Shown one piece after another: positions 1 through 8,871 of a DNA stretch of 64,000 bases (position 1 is the stretch's first letter; each line of letters starts with the position of its first letter). The translations under genes were made by a program, and so were the position numbers. A model generated the notes under the pieces. That model saw only the letters and a list, made by a program, of their open reading frames with translations, did not search any database and had not been told where the DNA came from. This stretch comes from Myxococcales bacterium. GTDB taxonomy: Bacteria > Myxococcota_A > UBA9042 > JABWCM01. The stretch covers positions 29,469-93,468 of the forward strand of contig JABWCM010000002.1 of the NCBI GenBank assembly GCA_013360285.1, written 5' to 3'.

Positions 1-232
1 AGGCATACGTGAATTATTGTTTCACAAAGATTTGATTTTTCACTCCGTTCGTCGTTCGGGCTTGGCTTTCGAACGGGCGACACGATTACATTTTTTGGTG
101 CCGGGTCTTCGGTGCGCCGAACGCAAAATCACAGCGGCGGTATTTTGTCTGCGACTCCTGTGAATATGCTTTTTGCGGTGCCGTCTTGTTGCGTGTACTG
201 CATGACACGCAGGAATCGATGGAGGAATTGCC

Positions 233-997
233 ATGAAATTATTAGTTATTTCTGCCTTTGCGCTGCCGGCGCTGTTTTACGCCGCGGTTTCGACAGCTCA
301 TCCCGCACCTTATTACCATACGCATACCCCGCCTGCCCGTACGGTGGTTGTTACGTCACCACCGCCGGTAGTTGTTGCACCTGCTCCAGTAGTTGTTGCA
401 CCTGCCCCACAAGTCGTCGAGCAGCCTGATATCGAGTATTCTCCGCTCAGCATCGCGCTTCGCGGTACCGCGCTGGGTACGGAAGGTTACAAGATTCATC
501 TTTCGGATCTGGAAAATCCAGCGATGGGAGGAATCGGCCTGCAGTTTCGTTCGAGGTTTGATGAACATTGGGGGATCGAGCTAGCCGCCGATTTTTTGAT
601 GGGTTCAACTGAAGATTATTCCCAATTTCAGCTACCTCTTACTCTCAGTTTGTTGTTTCACTTGTTTCCGGAATCCCGTATTCAACCCTATGTCCTTGCC
701 GGGGGCGGAATACAGTTTACCGAACTTGAGTACCTCGGAGGGGCTTATACTCACAGTTTGACGGAGTTGGTCGGGCAGATCGGGCTTGGCGTAGACGTTG
801 GAATTACGCGACGTTTGAATGTTACCGCCGACCTTCGTTTCCTGGGAATGTACAAAAACCTTGGTGAAACCTACGAAATTGCTGCAGATTGTCATTCGGT
901 GCTTGGTTCGAAGTCTGCGTTATGCAATGGCGGTGGTGAATTGGATCGGTTCAATGCGGGACTTCAGTTCACTGCGGGCCTTGGCTACAAGTTCTAA
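233..997 (+). CDS. small outer-membrane beta-barrel protein with Pro/Val-rich linker
   Basis: 254-aa ORF. It has a signal peptide (MKLLVISAFALPALFYAAVSTA), a PPPVVVAPAPVVVAPAP linker, an alternating amphipathic strand pattern, and a C-terminus (GLGYKF) ending in Phe like an OMP beta-signal. Confidence 0.6.
   Translation: MKLLVISAFALPALFYAAVSTAHPAPYYHTHTPPARTVVVTSPPPVVVAPAPVVVAPAPQVVEQPDIEYSPLSIALRGTALGTEGYKIHLSDLENPAMGGIGLQFRSRFDEHWGIELAADFLMGSTEDYSQFQLPLTLSLLFHLFPESRIQPYVLAGGGIQFTELEYLGGAYTHSLTELVGQIGLGVDVGITRRLNVTADLRFLGMYKNLGETYEIAADCHSVLGSKSALCNGGGELDRFNAGLQFTAGLGYKF
365..406 (+). repeat. 2 x 21-bp in-frame tandem repeat (ccRgtagttgttgcacctgcY) encoding (P)VVVAPA
   Basis: Two adjacent near-identical 21-mers read directly in the sequence, inside the OMP linker. 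Confidence 0.7.
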
Positions 998-1174
998 GAG
1001 GGTGTTTGAGTAAAAAATTACGTTACGCGAGCCACTGTCCTACTACGTCGGTCCTGTTTCGGTCGGCCCATCCTCGACGTGCCACTGGGCACGCCTCCGG
1101 TGGGCCTCGGTCGGCAGGCCCGACTCGTTGCGGCTATTGTCTCGCTCACCGGCAATTTTTATCCAAACACCCTC
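998..1174. mobile_element. MITE-like element, family C (termini GAGGGTGTTTGAGTAAAAAAT...ATTTTTATCCAAACACCCTC)
   Basis: The element is ~177 bp with ~35-bp imperfect terminal inverted repeats. TAA flanks it on both sides (995-997 and 1175-1177), and the left TAA is the stop codon of the OMP gene. The right terminus recurs at 43189-43221. Confidence 0.65.
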
Positions 1175-1275
1175 TAAGCTTTGTGAGAGGGGGTAATAGA
1201 GTGCTCCGACTTTACTGAACCATTGATAGTTGCTTGCCAAATACATCTCGTCCGGGCGTTTGACATCGCGACGTT

Positions 1276-3189
1276 GTGCCCACTACTATCGCGCGGCATT
1301 TTACCGCCTCCGCTTGCCGGGGGGGAGTCCTAGACATGCCCGCACGCTTTATGACGCTCGTTGATCGCCGTTTTTCCCACATTCGCTCCCATGCGCCACG
1401 CGTGTGTCGTTCCTCTTTTGTCTGTAATTTTGTGTCTGTGTTAAGTTATTTAGATAAGGCAATAGTCTGTCTTTTTGCGGTGTTTTGGGGTTCAGCCGCC
1501 TATTCGCAAGACACCGCACCGGTAAAGCCTACCCCTTTGGGAAATGTCGATCTGTTTCCGCTTGTAACCATGGAAAATCATGGGTATTTTCGGTTTCGGT
1601 GGGACACGTTTGGAAATGGACACCTGACGGGTTCACCTTATTCGGGCGCATCTTCTAGCGGGATGTTGCCGCCGATTGATTTGGAAGGCGTTGCCCCTCC
1701 GTCGTCTTTAGTTGGCTCGGACGACAACGATTCAACTGTCGTGTCGTCGGCGAATATTCGTTTCCGTTGGGAGCCAGCCTTCATTATTGACGAGATGTTA
1801 AAGATTTCGGCTCAGGTGGACGTGTTGGATAACCTCGTGTTGGGAAGTACGGCAGCGTTTGGAATGACGGATCCTCTTCATCCAATCGCGTTCTTAAGTG
1901 AGTCACAATCGTCGCCATCGTCGGGAACCAACAGCATTGAAGATGCGATTCGGATTCACCGCGTTTGGGCGGAATGGACCGTGTTTCAGCTTTTGACGTT
2001 CGAATTTGGGCGCATGCCGAACCATTGGGGACTAGGTATGCTGCACAACGGGGGAGGGTGCCTTGACTGCGATTACGGAGACTCGGTTGATCGAATCGCG
2101 GTGAGTGCGAGAGTTGTTAGCAATATTTATGCGCGTTTTGCTTGGGATTTTCCCGGTGAGGGGGCGATTCTGGAAAGTCCACGTGACTTCTATGGTCAAC
2201 CTTACGATGGTGCCCAGGCAGACGACGTCGAGCAATTTGTGCTCGAAGTCTACAGTCAGCCGCTCACGCGGGAAGCGATTGCCGAAAGAAAAACTGATCT
2301 TTACGAACGACGTGTTCCTACTGTCGACTGGGGTATCCGCAATACCATTCGGTATGAAACCTTGGCGAGTGACCTGCAAGGTGCCGTCCAGGGGTGCGCG
2401 GCGGGTAGGGCAAACGGAGTATATCCAACCCTCGGGCAAGAATACGATTGTATGGTTCTGTATCCGCGTGATGCTTTCTATTGGTTGCCAGACGCGTGGG
2501 TGCGATTGGAATGGCACCCGAACCCGGAATTGTCGTGGACCATAGAGTTAGAAATAGCCGGTATACTATTTGGTAAGATAGACAGGGTACAGACTCTGGA
2601 TGAAGTCGATTCAGCAAAAGAGATGTGGGCGGGTGGAGGTGTCCTGAGGTCATTATTGGACGTCGGCGACCTTTATGTGGGATTGGAGGCCGGGGTAGCG
2701 TCTGGGGACGAACAACCGTATTTTGGGATCAAAGACCAATCAAACGTTGCTGTTGCGGACACGGATTACCTAAATGAAGCCGGTGCGTCCGTTCGTAACA
2801 ACGATGTTGTTACGAATTTCAAGTTCAACCGTGGTTACAACACCGATTTGCTGCTTTTTCGAGAAATAATCGGCACCGTCACGAATACGGCGTATGTGAA
2901 ACCATCAATCGGTTACGATCTTGTGGACACAGACGATTTGCGCATCGGTGGACGTCTGGACCTGTTGTACGCCGCGGCCGCCGTACCCGAAGGAACGCCA
3001 GGAAATAGTGCCCATCTTGGATTTGAGGCCGATGCCCGGTTGTATTTTCAGTTACCTCCTCATTTTTTGGGCGTCGTTGAGGGAGGGCTCTTGATACCGC
3101 TGGATGGACTTGATGTCGACTTGGGGGGGAGCCGGGTGAATGCAGAACCGGCGTGGACCGTTCAGGGGCGGCTGCACCTGATGTTCTAA
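1276..3189 (+). CDS. putative outer-membrane / secreted beta-rich protein of unknown function
   Basis: 637-aa ORF. A hydrophobic signal-like segment (AIVCLFAVFWGSAAYS-QD) at aa ~62-77 suggests the true start may be a GTG near 1432-1438. The protein is beta-rich and its C-terminus (GRLHLMF) ends in Phe. I am not confident of any family assignment. Confidence 0.5.
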   Translation: MPTTIARHFTASACRGGVLDMPARFMTLVDRRFSHIRSHAPRVCRSSFVCNFVSVLSYLDKAIVCLFAVFWGSAAYSQDTAPVKPTPLGNVDLFPLVTMENHGYFRFRWDTFGNGHLTGSPYSGASSSGMLPPIDLEGVAPPSSLVGSDDNDSTVVSSANIRFRWEPAFIIDEMLKISAQVDVLDNLVLGSTAAFGMTDPLHPIAFLSESQSSPSSGTNSIEDAIRIHRVWAEWTVFQLLTFEFGRMPNHWGLGMLHNGGGCLDCDYGDSVDRIAVSARVVSNIYARFAWDFPGEGAILESPRDFYGQPYDGAQADDVEQFVLEVYSQPLTREAIAERKTDLYERRVPTVDWGIRNTIRYETLASDLQGAVQGCAAGRANGVYPTLGQEYDCMVLYPRDAFYWLPDAWVRLEWHPNPELSWTIELEIAGILFGKIDRVQTLDEVDSAKEMWAGGGVLRSLLDVGDLYVGLEAGVASGDEQPYFGIKDQSNVAVADTDYLNEAGASVRNNDVVTNFKFNRGYNTDLLLFREIIGTVTNTAYVKPSIGYDLVDTDDLRIGGRLDLLYAAAAVPEGTPGNSAHLGFEADARLYFQLPPHFLGVVEGGLLIPLDGLDVDLGGSRVNAEPAWTVQGRLHLMF

Positions 3190-3283
3190 AGTTACCAATT
3201 CTGTGGATGTTTCCCGACTGAACTTTCCCGACAAGACCTTTATACCACAACCGCTTGTGGCGCGATTGGTCAGTGGCCCCACA

Positions 3284-3448
3284 GAGAGCCAGCGAAAATA
3301 GTTAAGTGAGCCATGATTGGCTAATTTAGGCTGCTTTGGCCACGCCCGTCGGTCCGGCAATATACTCGATATGGCTTCAGTCGGGTCCTGGCCAATTCGG
3401 CGCTAAATTAGCTTTCTCGGGGCCACTCATCTATTTCCGCTGACCCTC
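3284..3448. mobile_element. MITE-like element, family B (core inverted relative to the other two copies)
   Basis: The ~165-bp intergenic element has a core (ggctaatttaggctgc...gcgctaaattagc) that is the reverse complement of the cores at 42277-42472 and 59613-59775. The ctatttYcgctgaccctc motif is present at both ends in inverted orientation. The flanks are aCA and TCA. Confidence 0.65.
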
Positions 3449-3572
3449 TCAGAGACCGGTTGCCGTGTAGAAACAATACGTTTGCATATTTCGCCACGAC
3501 AGAAGTGAGTGCACCGAACACATGGGAAATAAGCGACGTTAGTCCAAAAGGTTCGATTTGGTGGAGTGAAGC

Positions 3573-5624
3573 ATGCGTGAATCATTTTCAAATCATGAGA
3601 TAGTGATTGACGGTCTCAGTTTGTCAATTGAGGACGTTGTCGATGTTTCGCGACGAAGAGCTACGGTCAGCTTGTCCAATGAAGCTAGGCGCCGAATGGA
3701 GCGATGTCGCGCGGTGGTGGATCGTTTGGTGGAAAGTGGCACAAAGGTCTATGGCCTTACTACCGGTTTTGGTTCAAAACGGGACGTATTTATTGATCCG
3801 CAGGAGGCACGTGAGCTTCAACGTAACCTGATTATGAGCCATGCCTGCGGTGTTGGTGCACCGCTGGACGAAGACCAAGCCCGCGCTACGATGCTATTGC
3901 GGGCCAATACTCTGGCTCGCGGGGTCAGTGGTGTTCGCGTTGAAGTTGTCGATTTGTTGCTTTTGATGCTCAACAAAGGCGTATATCCCTATATCCCTTG
4001 CAAAGGGTCCCTTGGAGCCAGCGGAGACTTGGCGCCGTTGAGTCATCTTGCTCTGGTCTTGATGGGACATCCTGCAGGAAAATTGTACTCAAAACGCTGC
4101 GAATCGATAAATTCCAGAGGATATCGGACCGTAGAGGATCCACATGTCGATCTCTTCATTTCTTCCACGGCCGATGTGTTGCGCGGGCAATTTGGGATTG
4201 AGCCGATTGAGCTGATGGCTAAAGAAGGATTGGCGCTCAACAATGGCACGCAAATGATGACTGCAATCGGGTCTCTAACTTTGTATGACTCCGAATTGTT
4301 GGTTCGGACTGCCGAAGTGACCTGTGCCGCTGCAGTAGAAGCGCTGAAGGGGGTAACCGACGCGTTTTCTGAGCGTTTGCATGATGTGCGTCCTTTTGAC
4401 GGGCAGCGCGCCAGTGCGGCAAATCTGCGAACGCTGTTGGAAGGAAGCGATATTTTGGCACTTCCGCTGAATATGGCGTGGTTTACGCGGGCTCGACGGC
4501 TTGTTGAACAAGCTCTTTTGTATGCGGTGGATTCCGGAAGTTCAAATTTTGACGCAATTAGGCGTGAATTGCAGGAAATCGTCGAAATGATGCTTGCTAT
4601 TCATGGTGATCCCGTTGATGCAATGAGGCGTGGAGCCGACCAAATTCCAACGTCCGTGCGCGCGGACCTGATGCCACGCCAAGTACAGTTGCGAGCGTTT
4701 CAGATCGCCCTTGCGCCTATCCTGAAACGTGCGCAGGCCGTCTATCGGGAGATGTTGTCGGTTGAACACGAAGAACAATTGGCGCGAAGTCGTGAAAGTA
4801 TTGCGCAGGTACTGGATGCTCTTGAAAAAGCGGTGCCTAAGTCACCGCGAGTTCAGGACGATTACTCATTACGCTGCATGCCCCAGGTGGCCGGCGCTGT
4901 CCGCCAAGTGCTTGCTCATGTGCGGGTTAACTTAACTACCGAACTCAATTCCGCGACCGACAATCCATTGATATTTCCGCCGATTCTCCCCGATTCCGTC
5001 GATATCGAGACATATCGGTCGTTGCTGACTGTTCCGCAGTGTGTGGATGCCGTAAGCAGTGGCGGTAATTTCCACGGAGAGATGGTCGCTTTTTTGATGG
5101 ATTATCTCGCGGTCGGTATCGCTGAAATAGGAAATATCAGCGAACGACGTGTGGCACATCTGACTGACGGACACCTAAACAACGGCCTACCATCGCTGCT
5201 GATCTGGCGTTCGGGACTCAACAATGGGTTCATGATTCCCCAGTACACCGCCGCATCGTTGGTAAGTGAAAACAAAGTGCTGACGCACCCTGCGAGTGTA
5301 GACAGCATTCCTAGTTGTGAGAACACAGAAGATCACGTCAGTATGGGAGCAATTGCGGCGAGAAAAGCTCGTAGTATCTTGATCAACGTCGAACACGTTG
5401 TCGCAATCGAATTGTTGACCTGTTTTCAGGCTCTGTGTTTTCGTGAACCCTTCCGCCCTGGTCCAGCGATACGAGCGGTCATGCAGCACCTTCGCGATGC
5501 CGGTGTAACACCTGTTGAAGTTGACCGGCCATTGTATCCAGATATGGATCGTGTGGTGCGGCTCTTGCGCCGTGGCGAAATAGTGGTGGCAGCGGAAAAC
5601 ACGGTCGGTCCGTTGACGAGATAA
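3573..5624 (+). CDS. histidine ammonia-lyase family (MIO-dependent aromatic amino acid lyase), unusually long
   Basis: 683 aa. The MIO-forming Ala-Ser-Gly lies in GSLGASGDLAPLSHLA (nt ~4017-4025). Conserved LTTGFG, KEGLALNNGTQ, QDDYSLRCMPQV and NPLIF blocks are present. The SH selectivity dipeptide (NLIMSHACGVG) is of the HAL type. A ~130-aa insertion lies between GSDILA and VQDDYSLRC. Confidence 0.85.
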   Translation: MRESFSNHEIVIDGLSLSIEDVVDVSRRRATVSLSNEARRRMERCRAVVDRLVESGTKVYGLTTGFGSKRDVFIDPQEARELQRNLIMSHACGVGAPLDEDQARATMLLRANTLARGVSGVRVEVVDLLLLMLNKGVYPYIPCKGSLGASGDLAPLSHLALVLMGHPAGKLYSKRCESINSRGYRTVEDPHVDLFISSTADVLRGQFGIEPIELMAKEGLALNNGTQMMTAIGSLTLYDSELLVRTAEVTCAAAVEALKGVTDAFSERLHDVRPFDGQRASAANLRTLLEGSDILALPLNMAWFTRARRLVEQALLYAVDSGSSNFDAIRRELQEIVEMMLAIHGDPVDAMRRGADQIPTSVRADLMPRQVQLRAFQIALAPILKRAQAVYREMLSVEHEEQLARSRESIAQVLDALEKAVPKSPRVQDDYSLRCMPQVAGAVRQVLAHVRVNLTTELNSATDNPLIFPPILPDSVDIETYRSLLTVPQCVDAVSSGGNFHGEMVAFLMDYLAVGIAEIGNISERRVAHLTDGHLNNGLPSLLIWRSGLNNGFMIPQYTAASLVSENKVLTHPASVDSIPSCENTEDHVSMGAIAARKARSILINVEHVVAIELLTCFQALCFREPFRPGPAIRAVMQHLRDAGVTPVEVDRPLYPDMDRVVRLLRRGEIVVAAENTVGPLTR

Positions 5625-5659
5625 TCTAGTGTTATTTTGAATTAATTTAGGAGTCGGTA

Positions 5660-7006
5660 ATGAGCGCACAGACTGCACGTGGAATGCGGGATTTTCTTCC
5701 TGAGGATACCCGACGTCGCAATAGGGTCGCCACGACTATTCAGTCCGTTTTTCAGCGGTATGGCTATGAACCCATGGAGACGCCCGCGGTCGAACGAATT
5801 GAGACTTTGCTTGGCAAATATGGGGAAGAAGGAGACCAGCTCTTATTTAAGATATTGAAACGAGGGGAAGGTGCTCGGCTGGGTGAAGTGGATCTTGGCC
5901 TTCGTTATGACCTCACGGTTCCCCTGGCACGTGTTGTGGCGATGAATGCCGGAAAATTGGTATATCCGTTCAAAAGATATCAGATGTCACCAGTATGGCG
6001 GGCTGATCGACCACAGAAGGGGCGGTTTCGTGAATTTGTGCAATGTGATGTTGATATTGTTGGTACGGCGTCTCTCTTGGCAGATGCCGAACTGATTGCG
6101 GTTGCACATGATGCATTAACCGACCTCGGTTTTGTAAACGAGTTTCGGATCCATTTGAACCACAGGCAGGTTCTTCGAGGGATCGTAGAGTCGGCGGGGG
6201 TTGCCGTCGACCGGGAAGGCGATGTTCTGGTGTCTTTGGACAAATTCGACAAAATCGGTGTCGATGGTGTTTGCAAGGAGCTGGAACAGCGCGGATTTGA
6301 ATCACATGTTGTCGATCGGCTCCGTGTGTTGATGGATGCGACCGACGCGAATCCCGATTCCGGCCTGGATATCATTCATGAATTTGTGCAGTCGTCTCCA
6401 ACGGGCAAAGTGGGTCTTCTGCAACTAAAGGAAATGGTTGGGGTTCTTGGAGCATATGGTTTTCCGCCTGGAAGCGTCATAGTGAATCCCGTGCTCGCTC
6501 GAGGATTAAGTTACTATACTGGCCCGGTTTTTGAGGCGACAATTTCCGGATTTTCGGGTAGTGTTGCCGGCGGAGGACGATACGACAACCTTGTCGGGAT
6601 GTTTTCGGGACAATCCATACCTGCAACAGGAATTTCGCTCGGATTTGAACGCCTTGTAGTCATCATGGAAGAACGTGGGATGTTTTCCGACCTGCCGTGC
6701 CCGGTGGGAGTATTGGTCACACGAATGGGACCAGAGTTTTTGTACGACAGCATTGAATTTGCGCAACAACTGCGGGCAATTGGTGTTTCTGTTGAACTGA
6801 TATACGAAGACAGAAAGTTGGCAAAACAACTGAAACACGCCGATGCGCGTTCGATTCCGGTGGCAGCAATAATCGGGCCCGACGAAAAGGCGAAAGGAAC
6901 AGTCATTCTCAAAGACTTAAGGCGTGGTTCCCAACACGAGGTTCCCCGCGCCGATGCGGGTGACCAGGTGAAACGGTTGTTGAGTGACATCACCGGAAGT
7001 AGGTAA
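5660..7006 (+). CDS. hisS: histidine--tRNA ligase
   Basis: 448 aa. The class II aaRS HisRS N-terminus (ARGMRDFLPED) is present, together with the motif-2-like FREFVQCDVDIVG, GGGRYDNLVGMF, and a C-terminal anticodon-binding domain. Confidence 0.93.
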   Translation: MSAQTARGMRDFLPEDTRRRNRVATTIQSVFQRYGYEPMETPAVERIETLLGKYGEEGDQLLFKILKRGEGARLGEVDLGLRYDLTVPLARVVAMNAGKLVYPFKRYQMSPVWRADRPQKGRFREFVQCDVDIVGTASLLADAELIAVAHDALTDLGFVNEFRIHLNHRQVLRGIVESAGVAVDREGDVLVSLDKFDKIGVDGVCKELEQRGFESHVVDRLRVLMDATDANPDSGLDIIHEFVQSSPTGKVGLLQLKEMVGVLGAYGFPPGSVIVNPVLARGLSYYTGPVFEATISGFSGSVAGGGRYDNLVGMFSGQSIPATGISLGFERLVVIMEERGMFSDLPCPVGVLVTRMGPEFLYDSIEFAQQLRAIGVSVELIYEDRKLAKQLKHADARSIPVAAIIGPDEKAKGTVILKDLRRGSQHEVPRADAGDQVKRLLSDITGSR

Positions 7007-7203
7007 ATTAAACCGGATTTTTCACAGGTTTGAGGCTACGACTGCGGAGCCGCGAGCATCCTCAGGTATGGTAGACCCTTTTTGTCCTCAACATGGCGTT
7101 CTCATTCCTGCGGGCAAAAAACCATCACCATCCGCAAATCTGCTGGCGTTTCGGCCCTCTCGCCGGCAAGCTCATCTGAAATCCGGGCTAGAGGCAGCCA
7201 ACG

Positions 7204-7232
7204 TTGACACCTGGGTGCTCGCTACGTAACTT
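7204..7232 (+). promoter_or_regulatory. candidate sigma70-type promoter (TTGACA-17 nt-TAACTT) upstream of the hydrogenase operon
   Basis: The hexamers were read directly from the sequence. The -10 element ends 8 nt before the ATG at 7241, which implies a leaderless or near-leaderless transcript. This is a pattern match only. Confidence 0.25.
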
Positions 7233-7240
7233 TGTGGTGT

Positions 7241-8413
7241 ATGAAAAACCCCGAAGCCAGTATTCCCGCCACCCACCCATCTCCTTATTTTGTTCGGTTT
7301 GATATTGAGGGGCTGAAACGCCTTATCGAGACGCTGAAGCAGGAAGGTTATGAGGTTCTGGGTCCGACGGTACGCGACGGAGCCATTGTAATTGAACCGA
7401 TTGAGTCTGTGAGCCAATTACCATGCGGTGTGGGTGACGAGCAGTCGGGTGGGCGTTATCGGCTCACGCAGCGTTCTGATCGCAGTAGATTTGGGTACGC
7501 GGTCGGTCCAACTTCGTGGAAACGTTTTCTTTTTCCGCCAAACCGGCTATTGTGGCGGGCCACGCAGCATGAACGGGGATTCAGTGTTGAAACACCGCCT
7601 GTGGATTCCCAACGAAGGGCTTTTGTGGGTGTGCGGGGATGTGATCTTGCCGCGATCCGAATCCAAGACCGTGTATTCTGTGGTGGCGCCAATCCGGACC
7701 CTGACTATGTAAGCCGCCGTAAACAAACCTTTATTGTGGCGGTTGAGTGCGGCAGTCCGGTGCAGACTTGTTTTTGTACTTCAATGGGTACGGGTCCCGC
7801 GATTGGTGATGGCTTTGATATTCGGCTCACTGAGATACCCGACGGAGAAAATCCCTACTATCTTGGGCTCGCCGGGTCGGAGTATGGGGCTCAACTGCTT
7901 TCCCAGATCGATGCAATACAGGTGAACGAGAGCGAATTTGCTGAGCGGAACGCAATTCTCGCATCCGCCGCTGCTCAGATAACACGCCATTTGGACCCTG
8001 ACCATGCCAGGGCCGTGATTCTCGAAAATCCCGAGCACTCGCGTTGGGATGAAGTCGCATCGCGCTGTCTTACGTGCGGAAATTGTACGCAGGTTTGTCC
8101 GACATGTTTTTGTTCCACTGTCGATGATGTCACCGACTTGACTACCGGAGTGGCTGAGCGGTCCCGCAGATGGGATTCATGCTTTACTATGGAGCACTCC
8201 CATGTGCACGGCGGAGCGGTGCGGCGGTCCCCACGTTCGCGTTACCGCCAATGGCTCAGCCACAAGTTGGGTAGCTGGTGGGAGCAATTTGGTACGGCGG
8301 GGTGCAGCGGGTGTGGTCGATGTATTGTGTGGTGTCCAGTTGGCATTGATTTAACGGAGGAAGTCGCTTATTTAGCAACGAAGCGCGACGCTCCGCCGGA
8401 GGATGCCCCATGA
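7241..8413 (+). CDS. [NiFe]-hydrogenase group 3b-type beta subunit (AsrA/HydB-like 4Fe-4S protein)
   Basis: The ORF-track start at 7232 is a TTG, and the first ATG is at 7241. Motifs include CGSPVQTCFCTSMGTGP, the ferredoxin motif CLTCGNCTQVCPTCFC and CSGCGRCIVWCP. The gene heads an operon with gamma, delta and alpha subunits. Confidence 0.8.
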   Translation: MKNPEASIPATHPSPYFVRFDIEGLKRLIETLKQEGYEVLGPTVRDGAIVIEPIESVSQLPCGVGDEQSGGRYRLTQRSDRSRFGYAVGPTSWKRFLFPPNRLLWRATQHERGFSVETPPVDSQRRAFVGVRGCDLAAIRIQDRVFCGGANPDPDYVSRRKQTFIVAVECGSPVQTCFCTSMGTGPAIGDGFDIRLTEIPDGENPYYLGLAGSEYGAQLLSQIDAIQVNESEFAERNAILASAAAQITRHLDPDHARAVILENPEHSRWDEVASRCLTCGNCTQVCPTCFCSTVDDVTDLTTGVAERSRRWDSCFTMEHSHVHGGAVRRSPRSRYRQWLSHKLGSWWEQFGTAGCSGCGRCIVWCPVGIDLTEEVAYLATKRDAPPEDAP

Positions 8414-8871
8414 AAGATTTGAGCGAAATAATTGCCAGCCACCCCTTTTTTTCGGGGTTGGATTCAAATTACGTCGATCTTATTACCGGATGTGCTCGAA
8501 ATGTTAAGTTTTCGGCTGGAGATGTCATTGCACGCGAGGGGCAGCCATCTACTGAATTTTATGTACTCCGCCACGGACGGGTTGCTGTCGAAATCAACGC
8601 CCCCGCGCGTGCTCCGCTCGTGCTGAGAACTGCGAGTGAGGGTGAAGTTGTTGGTTGGTCTTGGATCTTTCCCCCACATCGATGGCAGTTCGATATCTCC
8701 GCTGTGACACTTGTTCGTGCATTGGCTTTTGACGGAAAGTGCCTTCGTGCCAAATGTGACGCTGATCCAAAACTCGGGTACGACATGATGCGACGGTTCG
8801 CGCAAGTCGCTGCGTCCCAGCTTCAGGCCACCCGATTACAATTGTTGGATCTCTATGGGGGCAGAGGGTAA
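8410..8871 (+). CDS. cyclic-nucleotide-binding domain protein embedded in the hydrogenase operon
   Basis: 153 aa. It carries the cNMP-binding signature FFSGLD...FSAGDVIAREGQPSTEFYVLRHGRVAVE...GEVVGWSW. There is an ATGA start/stop overlap with the upstream gene. Confidence 0.8.
   Translation: MKDLSEIIASHPFFSGLDSNYVDLITGCARNVKFSAGDVIAREGQPSTEFYVLRHGRVAVEINAPARAPLVLRTASEGEVVGWSWIFPPHRWQFDISAVTLVRALAFDGKCLRAKCDADPKLGYDMMRRFAQVAASQLQATRLQLLDLYGGRG

Noticed and set aside
1178-1200. ttgTGAGAGGGGGTAAT immediately after the family C element resembles a family B left terminus.
   Set aside because: Only ~10 nt match and there is no corresponding right end, so I treat it as chance or as an unrecognisable remnant.
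3573-7006. HAL-family gene next to hisS, considered as a histidine utilisation (hut) operon.
   Set aside because: No hutU, hutI, hutG or hutC genes are present. The adjacency to hisS alone does not define a hut locus.
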